DNA from: an uncultured Acidobacteriota bacterium
GTDB taxonomy: Bacteria > Acidobacteriota > Thermoanaerobaculia > Multivoradales > JAHEKO01
Assembly: GCA_963713825.1 (NCBI GenBank)
Contig: CAVQNG010000003.1
Location: 224,001 to 288,000 of the forward strand
Direction: 5' to 3'
Length of the DNA: 64,000 bases
The notes beneath the pieces were generated by a model. That model ran no database searches, was not told where the DNA came from, and worked only from the letters and a program-made list of their open reading frames with translations. The number at the start of each line of letters is the position of its first letter. Within the stretch, counting starts at the first letter, position 1. Of the stretch, positions 50,114 through 60,461 are shown piece by piece. The position numbers and the translations under genes are program-made.

Positions 50114-51313
50114 GTGATGTCAGGAAAGAAATTCAAGTTGGTCCTACCCGTCGTGGTGCTGCTGGCAGGTGCCGCGCTTGCAGCCATGATCGTCGCTTCA
50201 CGCAAGACACCGCCTCGCGTCGAACGCCCTCAGCTCGGGCCGCTCGTGGAAGTCATCGAGGCTGACGTGACCGAGGTTCCAGTTACGGTCACCGGACATG
50301 GCGAGGTTGTTCCCAAGGTCTCCGTCGATGTCGTTCCCCAGGTGGCCGGACAGGTCGTCAAGGTCCACCCTTCACTGGTCGCGGGTGGATTCTTCCGCTC
50401 GGGTGATGTCTTGGTGGTCATCGACCCGCGCGACTACGAGCTCGCCGTCGAGCGGGCCCAGGCCGCGGTAGCCAGGGCTCAGGTGACCCTGGAGCGCGAG
50501 CAGGCGGAAGCAGAGGTGGCTCGCGAGGAGTGGGACGTCCTGAACCCTGGCCAGGAGCCCTCCTCCGGACTCGTGGTAAGAGAGCCGCAGGTGCGGCAAT
50601 CCGAAGCCGAACTCGCGGGAGCGATCGCTGAGCTTTCAGCGGCTGAGCTCAATCTGCAGCGCACTCGGATCAGCCTGCCCTTCGACGGGGTCGTGGTCTC
50701 CGAGAGTGTCGATGTGGGCCAGATCGTCGGTACTGGCAGCCAACTGGCCACGGTCTACGGTAAGGACGTGGTCGAAGTCCGGGTCCCTCTGGACAGTCGC
50801 GAGCTGGCCTGGTTCTCCGTCCCGGCCCCGGGTGAGCAAGGGGCCATGGTGGAGGTCAGTACCTCTTTCGGTGGCGCCCGGCGAATCTGGGAGGGACGAG
50901 TCAAACGGATGGAGGCAGAGGTCGATCAGCAGTCCCGCATGGTGCACGTGGTGGTCGAGATTCCCGACCCCTACGAGATCTCCGATGGGCGGCCCGCCCT
51001 GCTGCCCGGAACTTTCGTCGACGTCAGCATCTTCGGCCGCGCGCTGACCGACGTGGTGGCCATTCCTCGCCACGCGGTTCGTGAGGGCGGCGGACTCTGG
51101 GTGATCGAAGATGGCAAGCTGAGAATCCGGGAGATCGAGGTATTACGATCCGATCGCAAGCAAACCCTCGTATCGTCCGGTCTTTCCCAAGGCGACCTGG
51201 TGATCGTCAGTTCCATCGATGCGATAACCGACGGCATGCTCGTCCGCGTGGCGAACGGTGATTCCGTCGATAGTCCTGGTGAGCCCGATCAGACTCAGGG
51301 AGGTGCAGCGTGA
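50114..51313 (+). CDS. RND efflux periplasmic adaptor (membrane fusion protein)
   Basis: N-terminal TM, PQVAGQV, L.RT.I.LPFDG and IPRHAVR. Confidence 0.92.
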   Translation: MMSGKKFKLVLPVVVLLAGAALAAMIVASRKTPPRVERPQLGPLVEVIEADVTEVPVTVTGHGEVVPKVSVDVVPQVAGQVVKVHPSLVAGGFFRSGDVLVVIDPRDYELAVERAQAAVARAQVTLEREQAEAEVAREEWDVLNPGQEPSSGLVVREPQVRQSEAELAGAIAELSAAELNLQRTRISLPFDGVVVSESVDVGQIVGTGSQLATVYGKDVVEVRVPLDSRELAWFSVPAPGEQGAMVEVSTSFGGARRIWEGRVKRMEAEVDQQSRMVHVVVEIPDPYEISDGRPALLPGTFVDVSIFGRALTDVVAIPRHAVREGGGLWVIEDGKLRIREIEVLRSDRKQTLVSSGLSQGDLVIVSSIDAITDGMLVRVANGDSVDSPGEPDQTQGGAA

Positions 51314-54300
51314 GTGCAGATCGCAAGGGTCCGCTGGCCTGGTTCGCCACCAACCATGTAGCGGCCAACATCCTGATGCTGTTCATCCTGGTGGCTGGAG
51401 GGCTGTCGCTGGCTAGCGTGGTCGTCGAAACTTTTCCCGAGTTCGACGCCGGAATGATCACGGTCCGTGTTCCCTACCGCGGCGCCTCACCGGCAGAGGC
51501 CGAGGAAGGAGTCTGTGTTCGCGTCGAGGAGGCGATCGCTTCGATCGAGGGGATCAAGCGAATCCGCTCGACAGCCCAGGAGAACCTGGGGCTGGTGACA
51601 GTCGAGCTCGAAGAAGACGCCGACAATCGAAAGGTGCTGGACGACGTCAAGGCAGCCGTCGATCGTATCGAGACCTTTCCGCTCGAGACCGAGAAGCCGG
51701 TCGTCGCCGAAGTCGAAACCCGGCGCCGAGTGATCACGATCGTGCTTTCCGGCGAAGCTTCCGAGAAAAGCCTGAAAGCTCTGGCCGAGCGCGTCCGTGA
51801 CGAATTGACCGCATTGGAAGGCATCTCACAGGTGGAGATCACCGGCGTTCGCAACTATGAGATCTCTATCGAGGTATCGGAGGACGCCCTGCGCCGGTAC
51901 GGCCTCAGCTTCCAGCAGGTTTCGAATGCCATCGCGATGTCCTCCCTCGATCTGCCAGGGGGAGCTGTCAAGACGAGTGGTGGCGAAATCCTCCTGCGCA
52001 CGAAAGGCCAGATGTACCGCGGCTCGGAGTTCGAGGACATCGTCGTGGTCACGAGAGCCGATGGTACCCAGGTCCATCTCGCCGATGTCGCCACGGTCGT
52101 CGACGGCTTCGAGGACACCAGCAACGCGACCCGTTTCGATGGCAAGCGAGGAGTCCAGATCCAGGTCTACAGAGTCGGCGGTGAAGGCGCACTGCACATC
52201 GCCGACACAACCAGACAGTATGTCCACGATCTCGAGGCGGTTCTACCAGCTGGAATCACGGCTGACACCTGGGATGACGACTCCGTCATCCTGCGGCAAA
52301 GGATCGGGTTGCTGCTGCGCAACGCTCGCCTTGGCCTGATTCTGGTCTTCCTCTGTTTGACCCTCTTTCTGAACCTGCGACTCGCTTTCTGGACGACGAT
52401 GGGAATCCCCATCTCCTTCCTCGGCGGCTTCTGGCTCGTGCCCCACTTCGATGTGACCATCAACATGATCTCGCTCTTTGCCTTCATCATTGTCCTCGGC
52501 ATCGTGGTCGATGACGCCATCGTGGTCGGCGAGAACATCTACGAGCATCTGCAGCAGGGAATGAAGCCCATCGATGCTGCCATTCGTGGCGTTCGCGAGA
52601 TGGCGATCCCGGTGACGTTCGCGATCCTCACCTCGATAGCGGCCTTCGCACCGCTGCTCTTCGTTGCCGGCAACATGGGCAAGGTCATGCGCCAGATCCC
52701 GATCGTCGTGATCTCGGTTCTGATCATGTCCCTGGTCGAGGCGCTGCTCATCCTTCCAGCTCATCTGTCCGGTGACGGCTGGCGATCGCACCGCTTCATT
52801 CGGCCACTCATCGAGTTCCTGGAGGGCATACAGAACCGGGTGCAAGAGTGGCTTCAGCGGTTCATCGATGGCCCCTACCGAAGGAGCCTCGATTTTGCAG
52901 TCGAATGGCGCTATCTGACAGTGGCAGGAGCCATCGTCTGCTTGCTGCTGGCAGGCGCGCTGGTAGGAGGCGGCTATCTCAAGTTCAGCTTCATGCCCAA
53001 GGTCGACGCCGACAACATGGTGGCCATGCTGACCATGCCCCAGGGAACACCCGCGGAGCAGACAGCGAAGGTGCTGGAACGGGTCGAGAACGCCGCGGTT
53101 CAGGTAGCCCGTCAGAACGACGAAGGGCAGCCCGATGGCGCGCCATCGATCATCCAGCACATGTCGACGACCATCGGTGATCAGCCTAGAGCCGGGGGTG
53201 GCGGGCCCATGGCCCAGAAATCGACTGCCGGTGACTCCTCCCACCTGGGTGAGGTCAACATCGAACTGCTGGGCTCGGAGTCACGGGACATCAGCTCTGC
53301 CGTGCTTCTGGGCCGTTGGCGGGACCTCGTCGGAGAAGTCCCTGGCGTCGTGTCGCTGACGTTTCAGGCCAACCTCTTCTCCGCCGGAGACCCCATCAGT
53401 GTCCAACTCGCCCATCGAGATTTCGACACCCTGCTGGCAGCGGTCGATCGGCTGAAGGGAATCATCGCCGAATACCCGGGTACCAAGGATGTGGCCGATT
53501 CCTTCTTGCCAGGCAAGAAGGAGCTCAAGCTAACCCTAACGCCCGAAGGACGAGCCGCTGGCCTGACGTTGTCGGATCTCGCTCGACAGGTTCGAGCCGG
53601 CTTCTATGGCCAGGAAGTCCAGCGCGTCCAGCGAGGGCGCGACGATGTCCGCGTCATGGTGCGTTACCCCGAGGCCGAGAGGCGCTCGATGGGTGATATC
53701 GAAAGGGTCCGGGTCCGGCTCCCTGACGGCAGCGAAGTGCCCTTCGCGACGGTGGCCAGTATCGAGGAAGGCAGAGGCTACGCGGTGATCAACCGTACTG
53801 ATCGGCGACGCGTCGTCACAGTGTCTTCCGATGTCGACGAGGCCGTGGCCAATGCCAACGAGATCAACGCGGACCTGCGCAGCGATGTCTTGCCCCTGCT
53901 GGCAGCTGAATATCCCGGCCTGACTTTCGATTTCGAGGGCGAGCAGCGTGAGCAGCAAGACGCCATGGGCAGCATGGCTCGCAACTTTCTCGTCGCCCAG
54001 ATCGCGATCTTCGCCATCCTGGCGATCCCCTTCAAGTCCTATACGCAGCCCCTGATCATCATGTCTGCGATTCCCTTCGGCCTGGTTGGTGCGGTTCTGG
54101 GTCACCTGATCATGGGCCTGAACCTGACACTACTGTCCATCATGGGCATGATCGCGCTGACTGGAGTCGTGGTGAACGACTCCCTGATTCTGATCGACCT
54201 GATCAATCGTCTGCGAGCCGAAGGCAATTCGATCAACCAGGCAATTCGCGATGCCGGAATGCGCCGTTTCCGACCAATCATGCTGACCACGGCCACGACG

Positions 54301-54510
54301 TTCCTGGGCCTGTCGCCAATGATCTTCGAGACCAGCATGCAGGCGAAGTTCCTGATCCCGATGGCCGTGAGTCTTGGCTACGGCATCGTCTTCGCCACCG
54401 CCATCACCCTGATCCTGGTGCCCTCCCTCTACCGGATTCTCGAGGACTTCAAGGCCATGCTCGGAGGTGCCACCGAGGAGGTGCCAGCGGAGCAGCCCGC
54501 AGCGATATGA
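51310..54510 (+). CDS. RND efflux permease
   Basis: NHVAANILM, LGIVVDDAIVVGEN, GVVVNDS and RFRPIMLT. Confidence 0.95.
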   Translation: MSADRKGPLAWFATNHVAANILMLFILVAGGLSLASVVVETFPEFDAGMITVRVPYRGASPAEAEEGVCVRVEEAIASIEGIKRIRSTAQENLGLVTVELEEDADNRKVLDDVKAAVDRIETFPLETEKPVVAEVETRRRVITIVLSGEASEKSLKALAERVRDELTALEGISQVEITGVRNYEISIEVSEDALRRYGLSFQQVSNAIAMSSLDLPGGAVKTSGGEILLRTKGQMYRGSEFEDIVVVTRADGTQVHLADVATVVDGFEDTSNATRFDGKRGVQIQVYRVGGEGALHIADTTRQYVHDLEAVLPAGITADTWDDDSVILRQRIGLLLRNARLGLILVFLCLTLFLNLRLAFWTTMGIPISFLGGFWLVPHFDVTINMISLFAFIIVLGIVVDDAIVVGENIYEHLQQGMKPIDAAIRGVREMAIPVTFAILTSIAAFAPLLFVAGNMGKVMRQIPIVVISVLIMSLVEALLILPAHLSGDGWRSHRFIRPLIEFLEGIQNRVQEWLQRFIDGPYRRSLDFAVEWRYLTVAGAIVCLLLAGALVGGGYLKFSFMPKVDADNMVAMLTMPQGTPAEQTAKVLERVENAAVQVARQNDEGQPDGAPSIIQHMSTTIGDQPRAGGGGPMAQKSTAGDSSHLGEVNIELLGSESRDISSAVLLGRWRDLVGEVPGVVSLTFQANLFSAGDPISVQLAHRDFDTLLAAVDRLKGIIAEYPGTKDVADSFLPGKKELKLTLTPEGRAAGLTLSDLARQVRAGFYGQEVQRVQRGRDDVRVMVRYPEAERRSMGDIERVRVRLPDGSEVPFATVASIEEGRGYAVINRTDRRRVVTVSSDVDEAVANANEINADLRSDVLPLLAAEYPGLTFDFEGEQREQQDAMGSMARNFLVAQIAIFAILAIPFKSYTQPLIIMSAIPFGLVGAVLGHLIMGLNLTLLSIMGMIALTGVVVNDSLILIDLINRLRAEGNSINQAIRDAGMRRFRPIMLTTATTFLGLSPMIFETSMQAKFLIPMAVSLGYGIVFATAITLILVPSLYRILEDFKAMLGGATEEVPAEQPAAI

Positions 54511-54590
54511 GTTTGGAAAGAGCTTGACAGCCGGGGCAAGGGTCTATACTCTCTCTGCGCGTTTTGCACGTTTCTTGGAGAACAAGCCCT

Positions 54591-55364
54591 ATGAGAACCC
54601 CGAAATTTACTGCATTCCGACTATTTGCTCTCTCGCTCATCACCTTGCTGGCCGCGCAGGAAATGGCTTCTGCCCAGGAGGTTCCCCGCTTCCAGATCGA
54701 GCTCGAAGCCGGCCCTGTCTGGCAGAGTCGCAACGATGTTCAGATCCCCAATGACGAAACCGGGACACGCTTCTCACTGAAAGATCTGGCTGGCAGCGGT
54801 CCCTGGTTCACAGGTCGGTTCTATGCCACCTGGAATATCAAGCCACGCCACGGCTTGAGACTGCTTCTCGCGCCCCTCTCCTACACCGAGACGGGGACTT
54901 TCGACGAAGCTGTGGACTTTGTCGGCGAGACCTATCAGCCTGGAGAACCGACCGAAGCCACCTACCAGTTCAACTCCTGGCGCCTGTCCTACCGGTACAT
55001 GGTTCGCAACGGCGAGCGCTGGCGTTGGTGGGTGGGATTCACCGCCAAGGCTAGAGACGCCAAAGTGGAGCTGCGGCAAGGCGACACCACAAGCAAGGAC
55101 ACGGATGTCGGATTCGTGCCCCTGCTCCACCTGGCGGCACACTGGAGGCTCGCAGAGCGTTGGAGGTTCCTGTTCGACTTCGACGGCCTGGCCGGTGGAC
55201 CAGGGCGGGCGGTGGATCTCGCCCTCAAGCTGGCCTACGACTTCGACGATTCGTGGAGCGTCACTGCCGGCTACCGAACGGTGGAAGGCGGTGCCGACAC
55301 TGACGAGGTCTACAACTTCGCCTGGTTCAACGCCTTCGTGGTGTCGGGTATCTACCGCTTCTAA
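54591..55364 (+). CDS. Outer-membrane beta-barrel protein, hypothetical
   Basis: Signal peptide, alternating aromatic strands and C-terminal GIYRF beta-signal; TTGACA at 54524 upstream. Confidence 0.7.
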   Translation: MRTPKFTAFRLFALSLITLLAAQEMASAQEVPRFQIELEAGPVWQSRNDVQIPNDETGTRFSLKDLAGSGPWFTGRFYATWNIKPRHGLRLLLAPLSYTETGTFDEAVDFVGETYQPGEPTEATYQFNSWRLSYRYMVRNGERWRWWVGFTAKARDAKVELRQGDTTSKDTDVGFVPLLHLAAHWRLAERWRFLFDFDGLAGGPGRAVDLALKLAYDFDDSWSVTAGYRTVEGGADTDEVYNFAWFNAFVVSGIYRF

Positions 55365-55378
55365 CAGCTGGGCGGGGC

Positions 55379-56233
55379 TCAGACCTCGCGGGTCATCTCG
55401 TACTGGTCCACCAGAGGTTCGAATCCGACCCGCTCGAGGAAGCTCGCCATCCCAGAGTCCGCACCATCGACGTTCTGCAGCCTGACAGTCTCGATCCCTT
55501 CGGGAAGCGACTCGACCAGGCCCTGTATGAGGGCTCGCCCGACTCCCTGGCGCCGGTAGGAGGGCTCGACCACAATCGTGAGGATCCAGTTGAGCATCGG
55601 GGTATAGGCGACAGCCCCGATACAGGCTTCGCCGTCGAACGCAGCCACGACGACCAGCTCGTCAGGTATCCGGTCGATGGACGCGAAGCTGTTCTCCCAA
55701 GAAGGTCGCCAGTCGGCGTACTCGGCGAGGTTGGAAATGACCCGGCGGTCCGCCAATCGCGTCGGCAGCGGATCCGGGCTGGCCGATGTGGATGGCAAAT
55801 CCTCGATCTTCAGCTCGAAGCACTTCAACTCCCGGCTGACTTCGAATCCCGCCTTCCGATAGGCCCGAATCGCCGGGTCGTTGTCTTTCAGAACCTCCAG
55901 AACGAAGCACTCCACACCCCTGCCTTTCAAACTGGGCAGCGCGTGCTCGAACATGAACCTGGCGAGCCCCTTTCCACGGTAGCCGCTGACGATGCCTGTC
56001 GCCGCGTCGAAGGCGCCCAGCCCACCTTGCCACTCATCGATACCGATCAGGGTGAAGCCGACCATCCGGTCCCCATCGAAGGCGCCGACGGATGCATCCC
56101 AATCCACCGCGTTCTTGACGCAGCGCACTCTGAGACGCTCCTCTGTGAGCGATCTCATGTCCATCGCGTAGTCTGCGAAAGCCTCCTGGAAGGCTCTATG
56201 GATCTGTTGGCGAGAGACGCGATCGATTCTCAT
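55379..56233 (-). CDS. Tandem GNAT acetyltransferase
   Basis: Two acetyl-CoA motifs: YRGKGLA...AYRKAGF and YRRQGVG...FLERVGF. Confidence 0.88.
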   Translation of the reverse strand: MRIDRVSRQQIHRAFQEAFADYAMDMRSLTEERLRVRCVKNAVDWDASVGAFDGDRMVGFTLIGIDEWQGGLGAFDAATGIVSGYRGKGLARFMFEHALPSLKGRGVECFVLEVLKDNDPAIRAYRKAGFEVSRELKCFELKIEDLPSTSASPDPLPTRLADRRVISNLAEYADWRPSWENSFASIDRIPDELVVVAAFDGEACIGAVAYTPMLNWILTIVVEPSYRRQGVGRALIQGLVESLPEGIETVRLQNVDGADSGMASFLERVGFEPLVDQYEMTREV

Positions 56234-56253
56234 GGCTCGCAGATTCTAGCGAT

Positions 56254-57795
56254 TCATCGAAGGGCCGCCTCAGGCGCCGATCCCGAGTCCGAGCTCGCTC
56301 TCCGGGCGACCGAGATGGCGAGGCGCTGGCTCGGTCGCCAGTGGCTCCAGTGACGGAACTCCTTCTCCATCGGACCATCCCTGACGATCGACCAGTCGAA
56401 GCCTCCGCACAGGCTCTCGATCCAGCTCCGAGCAATCATCATGGTCAGGTGGACGCCGTTGCAGGCGTGAGGACCGAACCCGAACGGCGAGTACTGACTG
56501 CTGTCGAATCGATGGTTCAAGAACCGATCGGGGTCGAAGGTGTCCGCGTCGCTGAAGACCTCAGGGTCGGCGTGGCTCTCTCGGACGCATACTCTCAGCA
56601 GCCACTTGGCCGGCATGGTGAATCCATCGACCTCGAGGTCTTCGATGATCTCTCGATACAGGTACTCGCTCTGCGCCAAGCGCAGCGTCTCCATGACGAT
56701 GCGGTCCGAGAGACTCGAATCGTTGTCCGAGTCGAGCTCGGATCGCAGCCGAGACACCCACTCGGGATGGTCGCCCAGAATCTTGACCAGCCACCGGAGC
56801 AGCGCCACCACATTGTCGGAAGAAATCTTGTGAATGAAGAGGAGGTTGTCGACAGCTGTCGGGTCCGGCATCGCCTCATCGGCTCGAACCAGTTGACCGA
56901 GAGCGGACGATGAAACTGGCCCCTCCGGTGCAGCCCGCAGCGATTCGGCCTCCAGGTTCACCCACCGGCGAAGCTCTTCCAAGGACTCGAGAGCTGCTCT
57001 GCTCAGGGAAGAACCGAGCGGCTGGGCGCTGAAAGCTGGGTAGATCTCCTCGAATCGGTCGAAAGACTGACTTCCTTCCTCCACACCGAAGAGCACACTG
57101 AGAAACGACCGGCTGACCAGTCGCTTCTGGAAAGGCTCCGGCGAGATGGATTGGCCCTGAGCACTGGCCTTGGCCATGTCCTCGAGCTCGTCCAATGCCG
57201 CCAACCTGGTCGTCGGCTCGGACTCGCCAACGATGGCCGGACTCAGCGAAGCCCGAAAAAGGCCGGCGTACTTGCGATGGGTGTCGTCAGCCATGTAGCG
57301 CAGGAAGCCGCCTGGAACCTCGAGGTTGAACGGCTGAACCGACGGCCCGAGGTTCTTCCGATAGTCCCGCAAGATCCGATGGCCGCGCTCGAGTCCGACC
57401 ACGCAGATGACGCCGCGATGAAACTGCGCCATCTTGAAGACCGGCCCATACCGCTTCGCTTGCCAAGAATAGAAATCCCGCTCGATAAGGGCCTCGATCG
57501 ACCTCCATGGAGACAAGCTCCCAGGGGGCAGGCCGCGGTCGCGGCCAAAACCGACACGACTTCGCCAGGCCGACGCTCCTGCGGTCAAGACCGCGATAGC
57601 GGTCACCCAAGGAAGCCAGCTCGGCTGCACTACTGCCAGAATCACCAGCGCTACCAGGCTGACGAGGGCCGCAACCGCCAGCGCCGACCATTGTCGCGGT
57701 GCTACCTGACGAAACGACGGCTTGGCCAGCAACCTCAGGGCCGGCCACAAGCAGGCTAGTAACACGACCAACAGGAACAAGGATGCAGGGCTCAC
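56254..57795 (-). CDS. Cytochrome P450 with N-terminal membrane anchor
   Basis: ETLR, FDPDRF and heme motif PFGFGPHACNG; three N-terminal hydrophobic helices; GTG start overlaps the upstream stop. Confidence 0.9.
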   Translation of the reverse strand: MSPASLFLLVVLLACLWPALRLLAKPSFRQVAPRQWSALAVAALVSLVALVILAVVQPSWLPWVTAIAVLTAGASAWRSRVGFGRDRGLPPGSLSPWRSIEALIERDFYSWQAKRYGPVFKMAQFHRGVICVVGLERGHRILRDYRKNLGPSVQPFNLEVPGGFLRYMADDTHRKYAGLFRASLSPAIVGESEPTTRLAALDELEDMAKASAQGQSISPEPFQKRLVSRSFLSVLFGVEEGSQSFDRFEEIYPAFSAQPLGSSLSRAALESLEELRRWVNLEAESLRAAPEGPVSSSALGQLVRADEAMPDPTAVDNLLFIHKISSDNVVALLRWLVKILGDHPEWVSRLRSELDSDNDSSLSDRIVMETLRLAQSEYLYREIIEDLEVDGFTMPAKWLLRVCVRESHADPEVFSDADTFDPDRFLNHRFDSSQYSPFGFGPHACNGVHLTMMIARSWIESLCGGFDWSIVRDGPMEKEFRHWSHWRPSQRLAISVARRASSDSGSAPEAALR

Positions 57796-58694
57796 GGCTC
57801 CAGCCACTCCCTCAGGTCTCGGTCGATGAGCGCCTGGCATCGCTCAGTGTCCGCCGCCAACGCCTGGCCGATTCGCGCCCGCAACCCTGGTGCGAGCGGC
57901 GGCTTGTCCAGGTCTTTCAGAAACAACGGTGCCGCCAAGCGTCTCACTCTCTCGGGCAGCATCGGTCGCAATGCCGTTCGCAATCCGACACTGCTCGTCC
58001 AAAGCGCTTTCCGCAGAGCACCACGCACCTCACCGCTTGGATGATGCCTCGACATGCTAATCGTTGCGCTCGGAGCTCGATCGACTCCGAGAAAGGAGAA
58101 GAGGTCGCCCAGAAGATCTCGGGGAGAGTCACATAGCTCCTCGAAGAGATAGACCCGGATCTGCTCCTTGGGAAAGACCTCGAAATAGCGACCCAGGAAG
58201 TGTCCGTACCGCGAGCAACCCAGATAGCTTCCAAACGCCACTTCGTCGGGCAGTCCCTCCGCCAGCTCCTCTTCGAGGACCGCTTCGAAACTCTCCCGAG
58301 TCTCCAAGCCATCCCGCTTCCGTCCCATGTAGTGGGCCCAGGCGCGTTCCGCCGGGGCGCGCAAGATCGCCACCAACTTGGCCTCGGGGCACGAGCCACA
58401 AATGCGCTCCGGAGCGGCCCAGCTCTGCAGGTAAACGGGCGAGACCTCGCCAATCGAAGCTCCTTCCCGTGCGCCAGAGAAGAGGCCCTCGTAGCTCTCG
58501 CGATCGGCAACCCACTGACCCATCATCTGCCTGGCGACGGGCCCTTCCCGCGCCGGAATCGAATCGGCCGACACGAAAAAGTTGGGTGACTTCCTGGGGC
58601 ACATGAAGATCTCTGGATGCTGGCCCAAGTAGTTGTGCAGCGAGGTCGTGCCGGAGCGACTGGCACCAATCACGAGGAAGTCAGGCAGAGGCAT
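57792..58694 (-). CDS. PAPS-dependent sulfotransferase family protein
   Basis: FLVIGASRSGTTSL (5'-PSB), GEVSPVYL and LRAPAERAWA. Confidence 0.9.
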   Translation of the reverse strand: MPLPDFLVIGASRSGTTSLHNYLGQHPEIFMCPRKSPNFFVSADSIPAREGPVARQMMGQWVADRESYEGLFSGAREGASIGEVSPVYLQSWAAPERICGSCPEAKLVAILRAPAERAWAHYMGRKRDGLETRESFEAVLEEELAEGLPDEVAFGSYLGCSRYGHFLGRYFEVFPKEQIRVYLFEELCDSPRDLLGDLFSFLGVDRAPSATISMSRHHPSGEVRGALRKALWTSSVGLRTALRPMLPERVRRLAAPLFLKDLDKPPLAPGLRARIGQALAADTERCQALIDRDLREWLEP

Positions 58695-58732
58695 TGGCAA
58701 GGGAGTCTGGAGGATATCTCGTCGAGGTCGAG

Positions 58733-59632
58733 CTATTGGAGCCAGGCCGACAGGTCTCGATCCATCCAGTCTTGGAGCTTCAACACATCGTCGCGGAACA
58801 GCGCGATGAGCTCGGAGCGGATCTCCGGGTCCAACGGTCTGTCGACGCGCTCCATGGGTAACAGATCAAAGATGGCATCTCTCATGCCGACAGGTAGAAA
58901 CGGCCGCAGTCGAGCGCGAAGGAGTCCGCTGCGCGTCCAAAGGTACCGCAACAGCGGCTGGCGTATCGTACCTCCGCTCGGATTGTGACGTCGCTCGACG
59001 AAGGGGCGAAATGCGCTGTCCACACCCAGGAATTCGAACAGGTCCGAGATCAGACCCTCGGAATCGCTCTTCAGATCCTCGAACAGCCGGACACAGAAGC
59101 TCTCGCGGGGAAACCTCTCCAAATAGGACTCGAGAAAGTGGAAGACGAGGCCGCTGGCCACATAGGTTCCCGAGGCATCGTCACGAATCAGACCCTCCTC
59201 TTGCTCCTGCCGGATGATCCCGGTGAAGCTCGTCCTCGTCTCGAGGCCGTCCCGGGTCCGACCCAGAAATCGGGCGTAGGCCCGCTCGACCGGGTTGCGG
59301 ACGATGCCCACCAGTTTCACCTCGGGTATCTGCTCGGCGATCCGCGGTGCGGCCAGCGTGGTCGCCAGATAGACGGGTGAGACCTCTCCAACCGCTCGTT
59401 CGCTCCGGACCCCATCGAAGAGCGCCTGGTACGCCTCGAAGTCCCGCACGAAGTAGTTGCGAGAGACCAGATGCTGGTACGGGTCTTCCGAAGGCGGAGC
59501 GTCGCAGCAGTAGAAGTAGCTGGGGGCCTTGTTTGCAGGGAGAAAGACATCTGGATGCTGCCCAAGGTAGTGATGCAACGAGGTTGTTCCGGAGCGCCCA
59601 GCTCCTATGACCAAGAAATTGGGAAGAGGCAT
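58733..59632 (-). CDS. PAPS-dependent sulfotransferase family protein (paralog)
   Basis: FLVIGAGRSGTTSL, GEVSPVYL and RNPVERAYA; alternative start 59662. Confidence 0.9.
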   Translation of the reverse strand: MPLPNFLVIGAGRSGTTSLHHYLGQHPDVFLPANKAPSYFYCCDAPPSEDPYQHLVSRNYFVRDFEAYQALFDGVRSERAVGEVSPVYLATTLAAPRIAEQIPEVKLVGIVRNPVERAYARFLGRTRDGLETRTSFTGIIRQEQEEGLIRDDASGTYVASGLVFHFLESYLERFPRESFCVRLFEDLKSDSEGLISDLFEFLGVDSAFRPFVERRHNPSGGTIRQPLLRYLWTRSGLLRARLRPFLPVGMRDAIFDLLPMERVDRPLDPEIRSELIALFRDDVLKLQDWMDRDLSAWLQ

Positions 59633-59763
59633 CTTGGGTTTTCCGTCGTTGTTCTGAACCAAGCGTTGAAAAATGATACCGGATCGACCAAGACTGATAC
59701 CCTGCGGGTACCCTATTGACTCTCTACTTGGTCATCAGTAGTACAAAACTAGAGGACCCCTAG

Positions 59764-60369
59764 ATGAGGTTGAATCTCAAACTCGTATTCGTCGGCGTCT
59801 CTCTGACCATGTCTGCGGGAAGCGTCACCGCGGAGGTGCCCGACCAGGAGCTACAGATCTCAGGAGCCGTCAGCGCGGCCCCGGAAGATCGCCGTGATGG
59901 GGCTACCGTCATGGGGTACTCCAACGGGAGAGACTTGAAGGTGTTGCGCGAAGGCTCGAACGAGCTCATCTGCCTGGCAGACAAGCCGGGCGACGATCGG
60001 TTTCATGCCACCTGTTATCACGAGTCGCTGGAGGCCTATATGGCCCGTGGTCGTGAGCTGAGGGCGGAAGGCAGGGAGGGACCCGAGACCCTCGAAATCC
60101 GCCATCAGGAGGCGGACGCTGGCAAGCTGGAGATGCCCTCGACTCCAGCCACCATTTACAACCTTGGTGGACCGGCCGAGATCTTCGATCCCGCTACCGG
60201 TGAGGTTTCAGGCGGCAACTGGGTCTGGGCCGTCTACGTTCCCTATGCCACCGAAGAGTCCACAGGCCTCCCCACCTCGCCGCAGGCTCCTGGAGCCCCC
60301 TGGATCATGCGACCCGGAACGGCCTCCTCGCACATCATGGTGGTGCAGCCGCGCGATCCGCAGCCCTGA
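59764..60369 (+). CDS. Hypothetical exported protein
   Basis: Signal-like N-terminus; AVSAAP, ICLAD...CYH and PWIMRPGT..SHIM blocks. Confidence 0.7.
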   Translation: MRLNLKLVFVGVSLTMSAGSVTAEVPDQELQISGAVSAAPEDRRDGATVMGYSNGRDLKVLREGSNELICLADKPGDDRFHATCYHESLEAYMARGRELRAEGREGPETLEIRHQEADAGKLEMPSTPATIYNLGGPAEIFDPATGEVSGGNWVWAVYVPYATEESTGLPTSPQAPGAPWIMRPGTASSHIMVVQPRDPQP

Positions 60370-60379
60370 CCCCGGACTC

Positions 60380-60440
60380 AAAAAAAGGGTCGGGCGCAGG
60401 CAGCTCATGGGAGTCTCCCGAAGCTGTACCGCGCCCGCCC
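60380..60440 (-). terminator. Rho-independent terminator after the spondin gene
   Basis: Minus strand GGGCGGGCGC...GCGCCCGACCC hairpin followed by T7. Confidence 0.7.
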
Positions 60441-60461
60441 GACAGTCTGTTGAAGGTGTGT

